Shown piece by piece: positions 14,369 through 27,569 of a DNA stretch of 64,000 nucleotides. A program made the position numbers and the translations under genes. Position 1 is the stretch's first letter. The number at the start of each line of letters is the position of its first letter. The stretch is from Ruditapes philippinarum (lineage: Eukaryota). The stretch covers positions 124,001 through 188,000 of the forward strand of contig NW_026858977.1 in the NCBI RefSeq assembly GCF_026571515.1, given 5' to 3'. Under the pieces are notes generated by a model. That model was given only the letters and a program-made list of their open reading frames with translations. It was not told where the DNA came from and ran no database searches.

Positions 14369-17300
14369 ATATTTAGTATGTTGTTTTATTATATTAAGAC
14401 TTTTTTTTAAGACAATGTTGCAGCTTTTATCGACATGTTTATTATTATGAATCTATTAAAAATATGCCATATTTGGAATTACAATGTACATTGACAGACG
14501 TGTCCTTGTTTTCTTTCAAACTTGTCTTAATCTTCATTACTTGATTTGCTAAACACATTAGTGAAATTGTGTTTAAGTCAGTCATTCATCCTTTGCATAA
14601 TTCTGATGTTTTCATCAGTTTCGAGGGATCTCCCTTTTACAGATTTTTTCCCATAACGCAATTTTCGGTAACGTAAATCTTCACATCTTACAAAAGTAAG
14701 GGTTTAGATCTTCACATCCCTTCATTCGAATTAATTTCTTGATACTTTGGCAATGTCCGCTTTTCCCCCTAAATGAACTTATCTAAAGGCGACAACTTGA
14801 TCACGACCTTAAATGAAAGCAATTTATTTGTGTGTGAAATAGAAGTGAGAAATGAGATGATCGAACTCGTGATTAGAGATATTGTGCAATCTCAACAACT
14901 TCTCAAACCAGGTTGTAAAAAAATGATTGCTAAGCTACTTCAAATTTTCTTCTTAAAACGTCGTTTCATCTATTCATACAATGGTTACGAGTTTTCGTGA
15001 CTACATAAATCAAAGTGCTGCAGCACTGAATGCGACGGACATGCAACCGGGGAGACATTTAGGGTTTTTTTTAGAAAAAAAATACAACACAAAATGTATA
15101 ACAGAGAAAATTTGTTCCATACAAGGAGCAATATATTTTGTGTCCCAATCTGATATAATCCAGAATTTCTACTTTCAAGCAGAATGAAATATATGCCTAA
15201 AACCCTGCAGACTGGTCAAACTTGTAAATCAGTGTCATTATCGATTTATTCCAAGAAATGATATGTAAATGGAAAAAAAACTTTCAACGACATATTTCTA
15301 AAATAAAACCATGCAAATAGACTTCAAGCATAATACATTATACCACGGATAAATCCGTGATTATACATGTGAGAATGTTATTTTGAATTGCTTCGTGTTT
15401 TAACATAGCGGGCATATACACAATAAAATATAAGTCATTTGTATTTTTATTTCTTTTGGATATGTACGTCTCATTAAAAATATTTTTGGTTAAAATCATC
15501 AGCAATTAATAGTCACCGTATTTTTTAGATTTTTTTTTATTTGCAAGGGCCAGAGCACATCGTTTTTATTTTAATCTGAATGTCACAATTTTTTTTAAAA
15601 GCACTATAGTGTTTAGTTGTCCTTTTCATTTTCACACTAAATTACATTTTCAACTTGTTTGCTTCTTACAATTGTATAGAATTTCTAAAAGTATTGTATG
15701 TGAACAAAGTAAGTATCCGCTGGTTTATAACATGTAAAATGTGTACTCCCTACTGTCCGAAAATCAGCACAGGTAAAGCAGAATCTATTTTTAGAATAGC
15801 GAAGGTTAACTCATATCGTGACCTAGAAAATGTATCTAATTTATTAATAACTGCTGAATATTCAGCTAAACCCGCGGTATGAGTCACGAAAATAGTTCTT
15901 CTTTTATTAATGCGCGAGTTATTCTAGAGTCCAAAAAACTTTTGATTTGTTAATAATAATGTTTTGTATAATGTTGAAATATTTATTTCCTACTAATAAT
16001 TTCTTGGAACTCAGAGCTTACACCTTTATTATAGTATAATTTGCTGTCCTACTTTTTCGACAGCGGTAAATCGTTTCGGCAGTAATTTGCATAATTGCGC
16101 AATAATACTACGGGACTACAACGTTTTTATCAATCATATACGTCCATATTTTAACTTGGATAACTTAATTTGAGATTGAAAAGGCTAAATATGGAAGATT
16201 TTAAGATATCCCGACATAGTATGGGAGTTTTAAAGGATCAAATTCATGTACTTTTTCTTGGGCTGTTAATCGGTTGAGGACACTTTGCGCGAGTGTAGCA
16301 GACGAAATCCCATGTAGATGACTTAGCTCTGAACGCGCCTGAGGGCGCGTCCGTCGCAAAAATGAGCATGTCGCTATCACATTGACGTTGACCTACATAA
16401 ATGATAAAGGTTTCGTTACAAGGGCAGATAAAAACATGTATTTTCCAATACATGTACTAGTATGTTATCAGCCGTTACCTTATGACTTAAGGTCAGATAC
16501 GAAAACGAGAAAATCATTGCACAAATAATACAAAGGAAAGGAATTGACTTAGATCCGATCAATATATATTGTAATTTGATATGATATATGATTGTACATT
16601 TTCTTATATTGTAATTTGTAATTATACATTAGTGTACATTTTCTTGATAAAATATGTTTAAACTAAATTATGTACTGATATTTATTCGCCTGTGAAGCAG
16701 TCGAGTCTTATGTGATTTCGAATAAGACGCATGATTTACTGCAGAATGACACGATTTAGTCAATAAAAATACAACTACATAAAACATTCACATTCATCAG
16801 CTTTACACTTCGGAACTCATTTTAATTCTTTATTATGTTGCATAACATTTTTATGTTTGTTTTTTTTTGTAAACGGAGATAAGAAAACATTGCTTTTTAT
16901 TTGAAGAAAATGTCAATAAAAATGTTTTGTAACAAAGCAAGAAATTTTAAACTGTTCCTGAAATGTAAAGTTGATGAATGTGAATGTTTTTATGTACTTT
17001 CTATTTATTGACGACTCGCAAAGTAAATTGTGTCATTCCGCAGTGAATCATGTGTCTTATTTAAAATCCTTTAAGACTCGGCTGCTTCTCAAGCGAATAA
17101 TATACATAGTGCACAATTATTGGTTAGCTTTCCCTAAGGCATTGACTTTAAAGCGAACCAGTCGTGTCACAGTATAAAAAGAGAACTTGTATATAAGTTA
17201 TGGTATTTCCGTCCCCTTTAATTTCAATTTCCACAACTGTGCAGATCGAAACAGTCATTCGTAAAGGTAGTATTTTATTCAGGTATTCTCAAGGTTTGCA

Positions 17301-18034
17301 TTGCATAGCTGATCATTACTCCGCAGCAATTTTTACGTGTGCGTAAAACCTCGATTGTTGTTTAACATAGAGATGCGGCGGTAAATTGCATCAATTAAAT
17401 GAACAAGTTAAATGTTGAATCTGCACATCAAAGACGCCGCCAAATGATGTGAATAGTCAATCAACATTGAAAATCGTTCTCTATTTCAGTTGAATATCCG
17501 AAGCACAAATCATTTTTTCTCCATGTTCTTGGTATGTGCTCGTTGTTTAATAATTAAGTTGCATATTTTTGTGAAAAAATATAATTTAATTCACAAATTC
17601 ACAAAGCATTGCCATGTCTGAAATTCTCCCCATTGCTGTATGGGAAAATGCATATCTACTAGACGCCTCATGGGCGTTAAATGATCGAAGACTTAATAAA
17701 ATGTCAATATTTTTAGAACTGTCCTTCCCTTGGCACGATGCCCCACTAGAGCCTTGGTCCAATTTGGCTAGATAATGTGTGGACTGTGTTACACCATGAA
17801 GATATCTGCTATCATGTTTAGCATTTCCAAAGAACAATTTATAGTATAATTTAATGCATTGTAGCGTTAGTAAACTAAAATACGATCGTAATTATGTGTG
17901 TGTATGATAACTAATAAATTATGCAAGTTACTCAGTAGGCTACCTTCTGCCGACTTAGGTTAAAAAGATAACACATTCAAACACTATACAAGATTGTCGG
18001 TTCGTGCTGAACATTTACAAATAAACTTTTCACC

Positions 18035-21000
18035 ATGGCAAACGATCTCATCGACAGTTATGTTAAAATAATAGTTGAAGATGATATACATTCTGAATTT
18101 CTTACAATTGTGGACTGTTTAAAGCATTACGCAAACACTCAGTCTGAGACTGAGGCTTTCGTCTTTGTATCAACGGACGGTTCAAGGCAATCTGTAACAT
18201 GGAGTGAGTTGTACAACAAGTCTAAAGCTGTCGCAAAGTCGTTTATGCGTCTTGGTGTGAGGAAAATGGAGGTTATTGCTATAAATATACGGAATAGTCC
18301 GGAATGGCTTTACGCAAATTTTGGAGCTATTATAGCCGGAGCAATTCCAATCAGCGTATCGTTTACGTACGTCGACGGAAGTGACCTTGTAGCTTTGATG
18401 GAAAAGTTGCAGACTTGTTCACTACTGGTCATAGATCCAGGTCTGCTAAATGTCAATTGGGATATCATCACAAGAATCATAGATACATACGGAGAAAATG
18501 GTACTGTAAAAAGTGTGCAAATCCCATACCTTCGATATCTGATAGGCTTTTCGTTTGATGATGTTGACGCACACGTTTTGAAATTTGATGACCTTATACA
18601 AGATATCGATTCGGACATATGCCTTCCAAGTTTAAGCTCAAAAGACACGGTATCACTTTTCCAAACATCCGGAAGTACTGGAGTACCAAAAGTAGTGGCT
18701 CATACACACGAAACCTTTTTAAAAGGTATCACAGCGAAGCTTGTTGAGTATATGGACCCAAAATATAAACAATTCAACGATCGCCCGTTCGCATGGATTG
18801 CTGGATATCCTCTATCAATTATCACAGGGCAAACAAGGGTCGTGATTTCAGGATTTTGCAAACCTCCAGACGACAGAGTTTCATTTATGATAGATTTGAT
18901 TCAACGAGAGAGATGTTCATCAGTATTTGCACTGCCTCCATTGATGCATGAGATCATTAAACGACAGGTAAAATTTAAATTAATATTCTAAATTTGAAGA
19001 AATCTAAGTTTGATATCTAAGGGAAAAATGTGTTGTTAAACATTTTCTGGTCTTTCTGGCTTTCTGGATAAATGCCCTTAACACTTCTAGCGTTCCGAAT
19101 TTTATTCTACTTAAACCAGTGCAAGGGATATACCGGTAAGTGATGTCAGTTGAACAATGTTTACTTTGAATCAGTCTGGTGGGGTCTATGCTGACATTGT
19201 TTATGTTGCATTTGTCAATACAGCCAAAGAACCTGCTATTTTCGCCCATTTCATATATAGTTGTTATATTCAATTGTCTCGGGGAAACTAACTTTATCAG
19301 ACTTTATGTTTACTATCCCAAATAATGATGTAAAGTCATATTTGACGCCTATTTACTATCCAAAATATAGATATAAAATCATATTTGAACGCTGTAAAGA
19401 CTTATATATAAACTTCATATAAACTAGACTGTTGACTTTAATCTTTAGAAATCATTATCTGTTCTGATATATTTTTAATCTGAAAAATACTATTTGCTGA
19501 ATCTGGTGCTCAGATATGGGCTGTGTTGCATTTTCCAGTACTGTAATGAAAAGGGAATCACTGGGGAGGTAGAGGAATCAAACCCATGTCTACGCATACG
19601 TTAGTGTTTATTAAGTAAACTTTTAACAATTAAGAACACAAAAAGAAAGCGACCGGTAGGGAGCGACAGTTGGTTCCTTGCTGTTTAAATTTTCACTTAA
19701 ATCTTACTTAGAGTTTAACCTCATTTGACCACACTGGAACGCCTCTAGCCTGTAGAAAGTTAATTATAAATTTAAAATACATTGGGTCGAGTTGAGGAAC
19801 ACATTTCATTTACCAATTACGTCCACCAATATATGAATGGCGAAAGTAAATCTGATGACAAAGTGAACACTATTTACATCGTGTGCCACTTAATTTCTTC
19901 AACGTTGCAAACTTCTGAAAAATACCTCTTTGTGCATTACTTGAAAGGTATTTAAATGATAATCATCTTCTGTTTGTGATTAACTTTGTCAGTTCAAAAT
20001 GAAAGGCAAATGATTGGGCTTGTTTATATTCTCTCTATGGGCGTATATATAAAACGAGCTCGCCATAAAATAATAATAAATAAGTGACAAATTTGCCTGT
20101 CTGTACAATTAAAAAAAGGGGCATTTTTGGAGTGATTTTATTGGTCGGCAAATGATGTTGAACACTGAATGAGATATCCCCTTTTCAAACATATTGCAAT
20201 AATGTTAGTTCATTTAAAACTGTTGTAGTATCCTAAAATTTAAGTTTCGTGCATGACTAGATTATTTGACTTTGGTGATTATATGCTTAGTTTGTTTATC
20301 AAGGCATCTAAAACTTTTCTGCATTTTTTCCACAGAATGATCTACCCTCGGATTGGCCGGTTACAATTATTATGAGTGGCGGTCAGCCTATGACAAAGAG
20401 TATCGTTTCTTGCGTTGGAAAATGTTGTAAATGTTTTCTTTGCATGTACGGTAGTACAGAGGTCGTCTGCCTGGCGAAAAATTTGGTCACAGACCCCGAA
20501 GACTTCACAGAATACTCATGTGGAAAACCAATACAGTATCCTGGACTGGAAATAAAAATTGTCAATGACGATGGCAAAATTGTCCCGGTCAATGAAAGAG
20601 GCGAAATATATTGCCGTTCACCCGTAATGTTCAAAGAATATTTCAACGACCCAGTAAAAACCAAGGCCTTTAAATCGGATGATGGCTGGTTCAGAACTGA
20701 TGATATAGGCAGATTAACCGAATGTGGAGAACTTTTTGTTGAAGGTCGGAAGTCCAACATGATACTTTCTGGTGGATTTAACGTAGCTCCTGAAATTCTG
20801 GAACAAGTGATGAAGAATTTCCCCGGTGTTGAGTCTATAGTAATCGTACCTGTCCCTGACGATATTTACTTCCAGGTATTGTGCGCATGTGTTGTGAAGA
20901 AAGCAGGAAATGACGTGACAGAAGAAGAGCTTCGAAAAGTTTGCTCCAATTACCATGCCGACAAGCCAGGGTTATTCACAGTCCTTCCAAAATTTTATTT

Positions 21001-21094
21001 GTTCTTTGAAAAATTTCCAGAAACCAGCACTGGAAAGCTGAATCGAAGAGAGCTTGAAAAGATTGCAACTCAGCGTTTCAAATCTACGTTGTAG
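18035..21094 (+). CDS. Acyl-CoA synthetase copy 2 (hybrid); exons 18035-18967 and 20336-21094, 563 aa
   Basis: Same motifs and same phase-0 intron position as copy 1; open frame across both exons. Confidence 0.92.
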
Positions 21095-21908
21095 ATATTT
21101 AGTATGTTGTTTTATTTTTTAAGACTTTTCTAAGACAATGTCGCAGATTTTATCGACAGTTTTATTATAATGGATCTATTATAAATATGCCATATTTGGA
21201 ATTACAATGTACATTGACAGACGTGTCCTTATTGTCTTTCAAACTTGTTTTAATCTTCATAAACACATTCATCTTAAGGTTACAACTTGAACCCCATCTT
21301 AATTGAAGGCACGACATTATTGTTGTGCTTGTGGTATTTATAGTTTCAACTTTTCGGCATTTTCTAGTTGGGTGGTTCCAATATTCCTACTTGAATAATG
21401 TTGAATCACCCTTAGGATATGTTGCCTGCTTTTTAAATTTGTCTTTTGACGTCTTATCTGTGATACGCAGGCTTCATAACCTCTGATCCCCTTTCAAAAT
21501 TCCATATTATTTAGTTCCGCCCATTGTTTTCTCGTTTAGGGCACACACTTTTTATTACTTGGGGACCATACGCCGCTTTTCATGGAATGGCACGGAAGTG
21601 TCACATTGAAGGTTCCATGTTTACCGCCGTATGAACACATCTGCGGATGTTTCTAAATTCAAAATTTTACTATTTCATGTTTAAATGTTGAATTCTGCTT
21701 AAGCCGGTGCTAGGGGGCGTGGACGGTAATTTGCACTTTCCAGTACCGTCCATGAACAGGCTCAATCAAACCGAGCCTGCAACATTTTCAATTTTGCCGT
21801 GTTGGGCTTTCTTTAGGGATTCTGTGTTTATCTATTGTTTGCCTGTACGCCAATTTATTTGTGTCAGAAATATCATTGAGAAATGAGATTGAGAAATGAG
21901 ATGATCGA

Positions 21909-22118
21909 CCGCCTCCGTGGTCGAAGGGTTAGAGACGATGACTTCTTATCAAGTTACCTCTCTGGCGAGGGTTCGATCCCCGGGAGATGCTTTGGCACGG
22001 AGTTTAGCACGGAGGAAGGTAGTCTAGTACTGGTGTAACTCTCCAGGAACGATGGTTAGGAAACTGCCCGCCTGTATGACTGAAATACTGTTGGGAAAAG
22101 GCGTAAAATGAAACAAAC
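21909..22118 (+). mobile_element. tRNA-derived SINE with 15-bp target site duplication
   Basis: A-box-like TGGTCGAAGGG, B box GGTTCGATCCC, 3' tail ACTGAAATACTGTTG...AAACAAAC; TSD AAATGAGATGATCGA at 21894-21908 and 22119-22133; single empty site at 14850-14864. Confidence 0.85.
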
Positions 22119-22749
22119 AAATGAGATGATCGAGCTCTGTATTAGAGAATTTAATTATGCAATCTCAACAACTTCTCGACCCAGGCTACAACAACAGATT
22201 GCTAAGCTTCTACAAATTTTCTTCTTAAAACGCCGTTTCATCTATTCACACCATGCTGACTACATAAAATGTTACAATCACATTGACGTTGTGCCTATAT
22301 ACACATAATAAAGGTATCTTTACAAGAACAGATAAAACATGTATTATTCAATACTCGTATGTTATCAGCTGTTACTTTATGACTTAAGTTCAGGTACGAA
22401 AACGAGAAAATCATTCCGGAAATAAATCAAAGGATAGGATTACTTGTTTTCGAATCAGTAAATATTGAAATTTGAAATGATACATGATTGTATATTTTCT
22501 TGGTTAAATATGTTTAAACTAAAGAAATGTACTGATATGTATAGCCTAACAGAGATGTGGCACGTACACAGTATCAGGTATATCAATGATCTTTAAGCAC
22601 ACCTGAAGACATAATGATATGACAATAATTTTGTTGAAACTGCCCTTCTTTTCTTACAATGCCCCACTAGTGCCGTGGTCCAATTTGGCTGGATAATGTG
22701 GGAACTGTTTTACACCATGTAAATATCTGCATTTCTCAAGAACAATTAG

Positions 22750-23150
22750 TTAAGAAATAATATATCCCAAACTCAATAAAATCAATGTTTAGAGTTCGGA
22801 TGCCAGGAATTATATTACGAGGGGGTAGCCCGAGTGATTTAATTATGCGCATCCGAACGACAAACATTGATTTTATCAAGCAATAAAATCACCGATTTGG
22901 ATATATTACTTCAATTTAAACACGACTACAACAAATAAATGCTCCCGTTCCTGATATTAAGCTTAATTGCGCCTAATTTGTTTTCATACTTATTTTCAGC
23001 GCGTCGCACTTTTAGTGGTAACGTCACATGAATATAATTATTACGTCATATGCCTAAATATGGAACGTCAACAGAGATTTTATTGCATAATAACACACAC
23101 TTTTGGTTCTTCTATGTTCAATAGGGAAACATGTGGGTCGTGTTAGAATA
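22750..23150. mobile_element. About 400-bp insertion with an internal hairpin upstream of ACS copy 3 (second copy about 26970-27375)
   Basis: Arms ATAAAATCAATGTTT (22776-22790) / AAACATTGATTTTAT (22862-22876), inner TTCGGATGC / GCATCCGAA, central CGAGGGGGTAGCCCGAG; absent at the homologous site upstream of copy 2 (about 17835-17850). Confidence 0.6.
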
Positions 23151-23344
23151 TTAATTAATGCATTGTAACGCTAATAAACTAATATACGAACATATTTGTG
23201 TGTGTGTGTGATAACGTAATAAATTATGCAAGTTTCTCAGTAGGCTATCTACAGCCGATTTAGGTTAAAAAGATAACACATTCAAACACTACTGTATACA
23301 AGATTGTCGGTTCGTGCTGAACATTTACAAATAAACTTTTCACC

Positions 23345-25294
23345 ATGGCAAACGATCTCATCGACAGTTATATTAAAATAACAGTTGAAGATGAGATACA
23401 TTCTGAATTTCTTACAATTGTGGACTGTTTAAAGCATTACGCAAACACTCAGTCTGAGACTGAGGCTTTCGTCTTTGCATCAACGGACGGTTCAAGGCAA
23501 TCTGTAACATGGAGTGAGTTGTACAATAAGTCTAAAGCTGTCGCGAAGTCGTTTGTTCATCTAGGAGTAAAGGAAAAGGAGGTTGTAGCTATGAACATAA
23601 GGAATTGTCCGGAATGGCTTTACGCCAGTTATGGAGCTATAATTGCCGGAGCAATTCCAATAAGCGTATCGTTTACGTACGTCGATGGAAGTGACCTTGT
23701 GGCATTGATGGACAAATTGCAGATTTGTTCACTACTGGTCATGGATCCAGGTCTCGAGAATATAAATTGGGATATTGTACGAAGACTCCTAGATAATTTT
23801 AACGCTAATGGTACTGTAAAAAGTAGTAAAATGCCTTATCTTCGGTATTTGGTCGGCGTCTCATTCGATCAGGTCGATGCTCAACTTCTGAAATTCATTG
23901 ACCTTGTTCATGACATCAAGTCTGGTATTACTCTTCCAAAAGTAAGTGCAAAAAATACAATTTCACTTTTCCAAACGTCAGGAAGTACCGGAGTGGCAAA
24001 ACTTGTTGCTCATAGTCATGAAGCCTTTTTTAAATGTGTCACAGGAAAACATGCTGAATATTTGGACGCCAAATACAAACATTTCAACGATCGCCCATTT
24101 GCATGGCTTGGTGGATATCCTTTATCAGTTATCACAGGGCAAACAAGGGTCGCGATTTCTGGATTTTGCAAACCCCCAAAAGATAGAGTTTCATTTATGA
24201 TAGAGGTGATTCAGCGAGAGAGATGTTCATCAATAGTTGCACTCCTCCATTGATGCATGAGCTAATTAAACGGCAGGTAAAAATTAATCACATGTATATT
24301 GATGAAAAAAACTATTTTAAATCATGTCATTCAAATAAGACCCTTGAACTTGCTATGATTTGTTATGAAATTGCAGATATACCATGTTAGTTATTTTATA
24401 TTTTATTGTTTATTCGATGTCAAGTAATATGGAAACATTGTAAACGTTCAACAAGACAAAAACAGAAAATAATGCATTGGCGATTTAAGATTTTTAAAAA
24501 CGTTATATTAAAAATTTGGATGCATTTTGTTACAGAGTGATCTACCCTCAGATTGGCCAGTAATTATCATAGCAAGTGGTGGTCAGCCTATGACGAAGAA
24601 AATCACATCGTGCATTGGAAAAAGCTGCAAATATCTTCTTTGTATGTATGCTGCCACAGAGTTTGTTTACCTTGCAAAGTCTTTGATCGCTGATCCTGAA
24701 AACTTCACAGAATATTCATGTGGGAAACCCATGCAGTTTCCTGGACTGGAAATAAAAATTGTCAATGACGATGGAAAAATTGTCCCAGTCAACACAAGAG
24801 GTGAAATATACTGCCGCTCACCAGCACTGTTCAAAGAATATTTCAACGACCCAATAAAAACTAATGCCGTGAAATCGGTAGACGGATGGTTCAGAACTGA
24901 TGATATAGGCAGATTAACCGAATGTGGAGAACTTTTTGTTGAAGGTCGGAAGTCCAACATGATACTTTCAGGTGGATTCAAAGTGGCTCCTGAAATTCTG
25001 GAACAAGTGATAAAGAATTTCCCCGGTGTTGAGGGTGTAGTTATCGTACCTGTCCCTGACGATATTTACTTCCAGGTATTGTGCGCATGCGTTGTGAAGA
25101 AAGCAGGAAGTGACGTGACAGAAGAAGAGCTGCGAAAGGTTTGCTCCAATTACCATGCCGACAAGCCAGGGTTATTCACAGTCCTTCCAAAATTTTATTT
25201 GTTCTTTGAAAAATTTCCAGAAACAAGCACTGGAAAGCTGAATCGAAGGGAGCTTGAAAAGATTGCAACTCAGCGTTTCGAATCTACGTCGTAG
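23345..25294 (+). CDS. Acyl-CoA synthetase copy 3; exons 23345-24276 and 24536-25294; 1-bp frameshift near 24244 (pseudogene or sequencing error)
   Basis: Near-identical to copy 4. GCA CTC CTC CAT TGA here versus GCA CTC CCT CCA TTG in copy 4; exon 1 is 932 bp versus 933 bp. Confidence 0.8.
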
Positions 25295-26116
25295 ATATTT
25301 AGTATGTTGTTTTATTTTTTTAAGACTTTTCTAAGACAATGTCGCAGCTTTTATCGACAGTTTTATTATAATGGATCTATTATAAATATGCAATATTTGG
25401 AATTACAATGTACATCAAAATGACAGACGTGTCCTTATTGTCTTTCAAACTTGTTTTAATCTTCATAAACACATTCATCTTAAGGTTACAACTTGAAACC
25501 CATCTTAATTGAAGGCACGACATTATTGTTGTGCTTGTGGTATTTAGTTTCAACTTTTCGGCATTTTCTAGTTGGGTGGTTCCAATATTCCTACTTGAAT
25601 AATGTTGAATCACCCTTAGGATATATTGCCTGCTTTTTAAATTTGTCTTTTGACGTCTTATCTGTGATACGCAGGCTTCATAACCTCTGATCCCCTTTCA
25701 AAATTCCATTTTATTTAGTTCCGCCCATTGTTTTCTCGTTTAGGGCACACACTTTTTATTACTTGGGGACCATACCCCGCTTTTTCATGGAATGGCACGG
25801 AAGTGTCACATTGAAAGGTTTCCATGTTTACCGCCGTATGAACACATCTGCGGATGTTTCTAAATTCAAAATTTTACTATTTCATGTTTAAATGTTGAAT
25901 TCTGCTTAAGCCGGTGCTAGGGGGCGTGGACGGTAATTTGCAACTTTCCAGTACCGTCCATGAACAGGCTCAATCAAACCGAGCCTGCAACATTTTCAAT
26001 TTTGCCGTGTTGGGCTTTCTTTAGGGATTCTGTGTTTATCTATTGTTTGCCTGTGCGCCAATTTATTTGTGTCAGAAATATCATTGAGAAATGAGATTGA
26101 GAAATGAGATGATCGA

Positions 26117-26335
26117 CCGCCTCCGTGGTCCGAAGGGTTAGAGACGATGACTTCTTATCAAGTTACCTCTCTGGGCGAGGGTTCGATCCCCGGGAGATGC
26201 TTTGGCACGGAGTTTAGCACGGAGGAAGGTAAGTCTAGTACTGGTGTAACTCTCCAGGAACGATGGTTAGGAAATTGCCCCGCCTGTATGACTGAAATAC
26301 TGTTGGGGGGGGGGGAGGCGTAAAATGAAACAAAC
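26117..26335 (+). mobile_element. tRNA-derived SINE (segmentally duplicated copy of 21909-22118)
   Basis: Same A/B boxes, same TSD and same flanking sequence. Confidence 0.85.
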
Positions 26336-27569
26336 AAATGAGATGATCGAGCTCTGTATTAGAGAATTTAATTATGCAATCTCAACAACTTCTCGAACCC
26401 AGGCTTCAACAACAGATTGCTAAGCTTCTACAAAATTTTCTTCTTAAAACGCCGTTTCATCTATTCACACCATGGTGACTACATAAAATGTTACAATCAC
26501 ATTGACGTTGTGCCTATAAACGCATAATAAAGGTATCTTTACAAGAACAGATAAAACATGTATTTTCCAATACTCGTATGTTATCAGCTGTTACTTTATG
26601 ACTTAAGTTCAGGTACGAAAACGAGAAAATCATTCCGGAAATAATTCAAAGGATAGGATTTGACTTGTTTTCGAATCATTAGATATTGAAATTTGAAATG
26701 ATACATGATTGTATATTTTCTTGGTTAAATATGTTTAAACTAAAGAAATGTACTGATATGTATAGCCTAACAGAGATGTGGCACGTACACAGTATCATAT
26801 ATATCAATGATCTTTAAGCACCATGAAGACATAATGTTATGACAATAATTTTGTTGAAACTGCCCTTCTTTTCTTACAATGCCCCACTAGTGCCGTGGTC
26901 CAATTTGGCTGGATAATGTGGGAACTGTTTTACACCATGTAAATATCTGCATTTCTCAAGAACAATTAGTTAAGAAATAATATATCCCAAACTCAATAAA
27001 ATCAATGTTTAGAGTTCGGATGCCAGGAATTATATTACGAGGGGGTAGCCCCGAGTGATTTAATTATGCGTATCCGAACGACAAACATTGATTTTATCAA
27101 GCAATAAAATCACCGATTTGGATATATTACTTCAATTTAAACACGACTACAACAAATAAATGCTCCCGTTCCTGATATTAAGCTTAATTGCGCCTAATTT
27201 GTTTTCATACTTATTTTCAGCGCGTCGCACTTTTAGTGGTTACGTCACATGAATATAATGATTACGTCATATGCCTAAATATGGAACGTCAACAGAGATT
27301 TTATTGCATAATAACACACACTTTTGGTTCTTCTATGTTCAATAGGGAAACATGCGGACCACGTCGTGATAGAATATTAATTAATGCATTGTAACGCTAG
27401 TAAACTAATATACGAACATAATTATTTGTGTGTGTGTGTGATAACGTAATAAATTTTGCAAGTTTCTCAGTAGGCTATCTACAGCCGATTTAGGTTAAAA
27501 AGATAACACATTCAAACACTATACAAGATTGTCGGTTCGTGCTGAACATTTACAAATAAACTTTTCACC

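Noticed and set aside
21083-21094. C-terminal STL of ACS copy 2 as a peroxisomal PTS1 (luciferase-like)
   Set aside because: Does not fit the [SAC]-[KRH]-[LM] consensus, and the other copies end in STS; a single substitution explains it. There is no evidence for luciferase activity.
21909-22118. tRNA genes (also at 26117 and 32496)
   Set aside because: A/B boxes are present, but there is no full cloverleaf and the bodies, tails and (for the first two) TSDs are those of SINEs.
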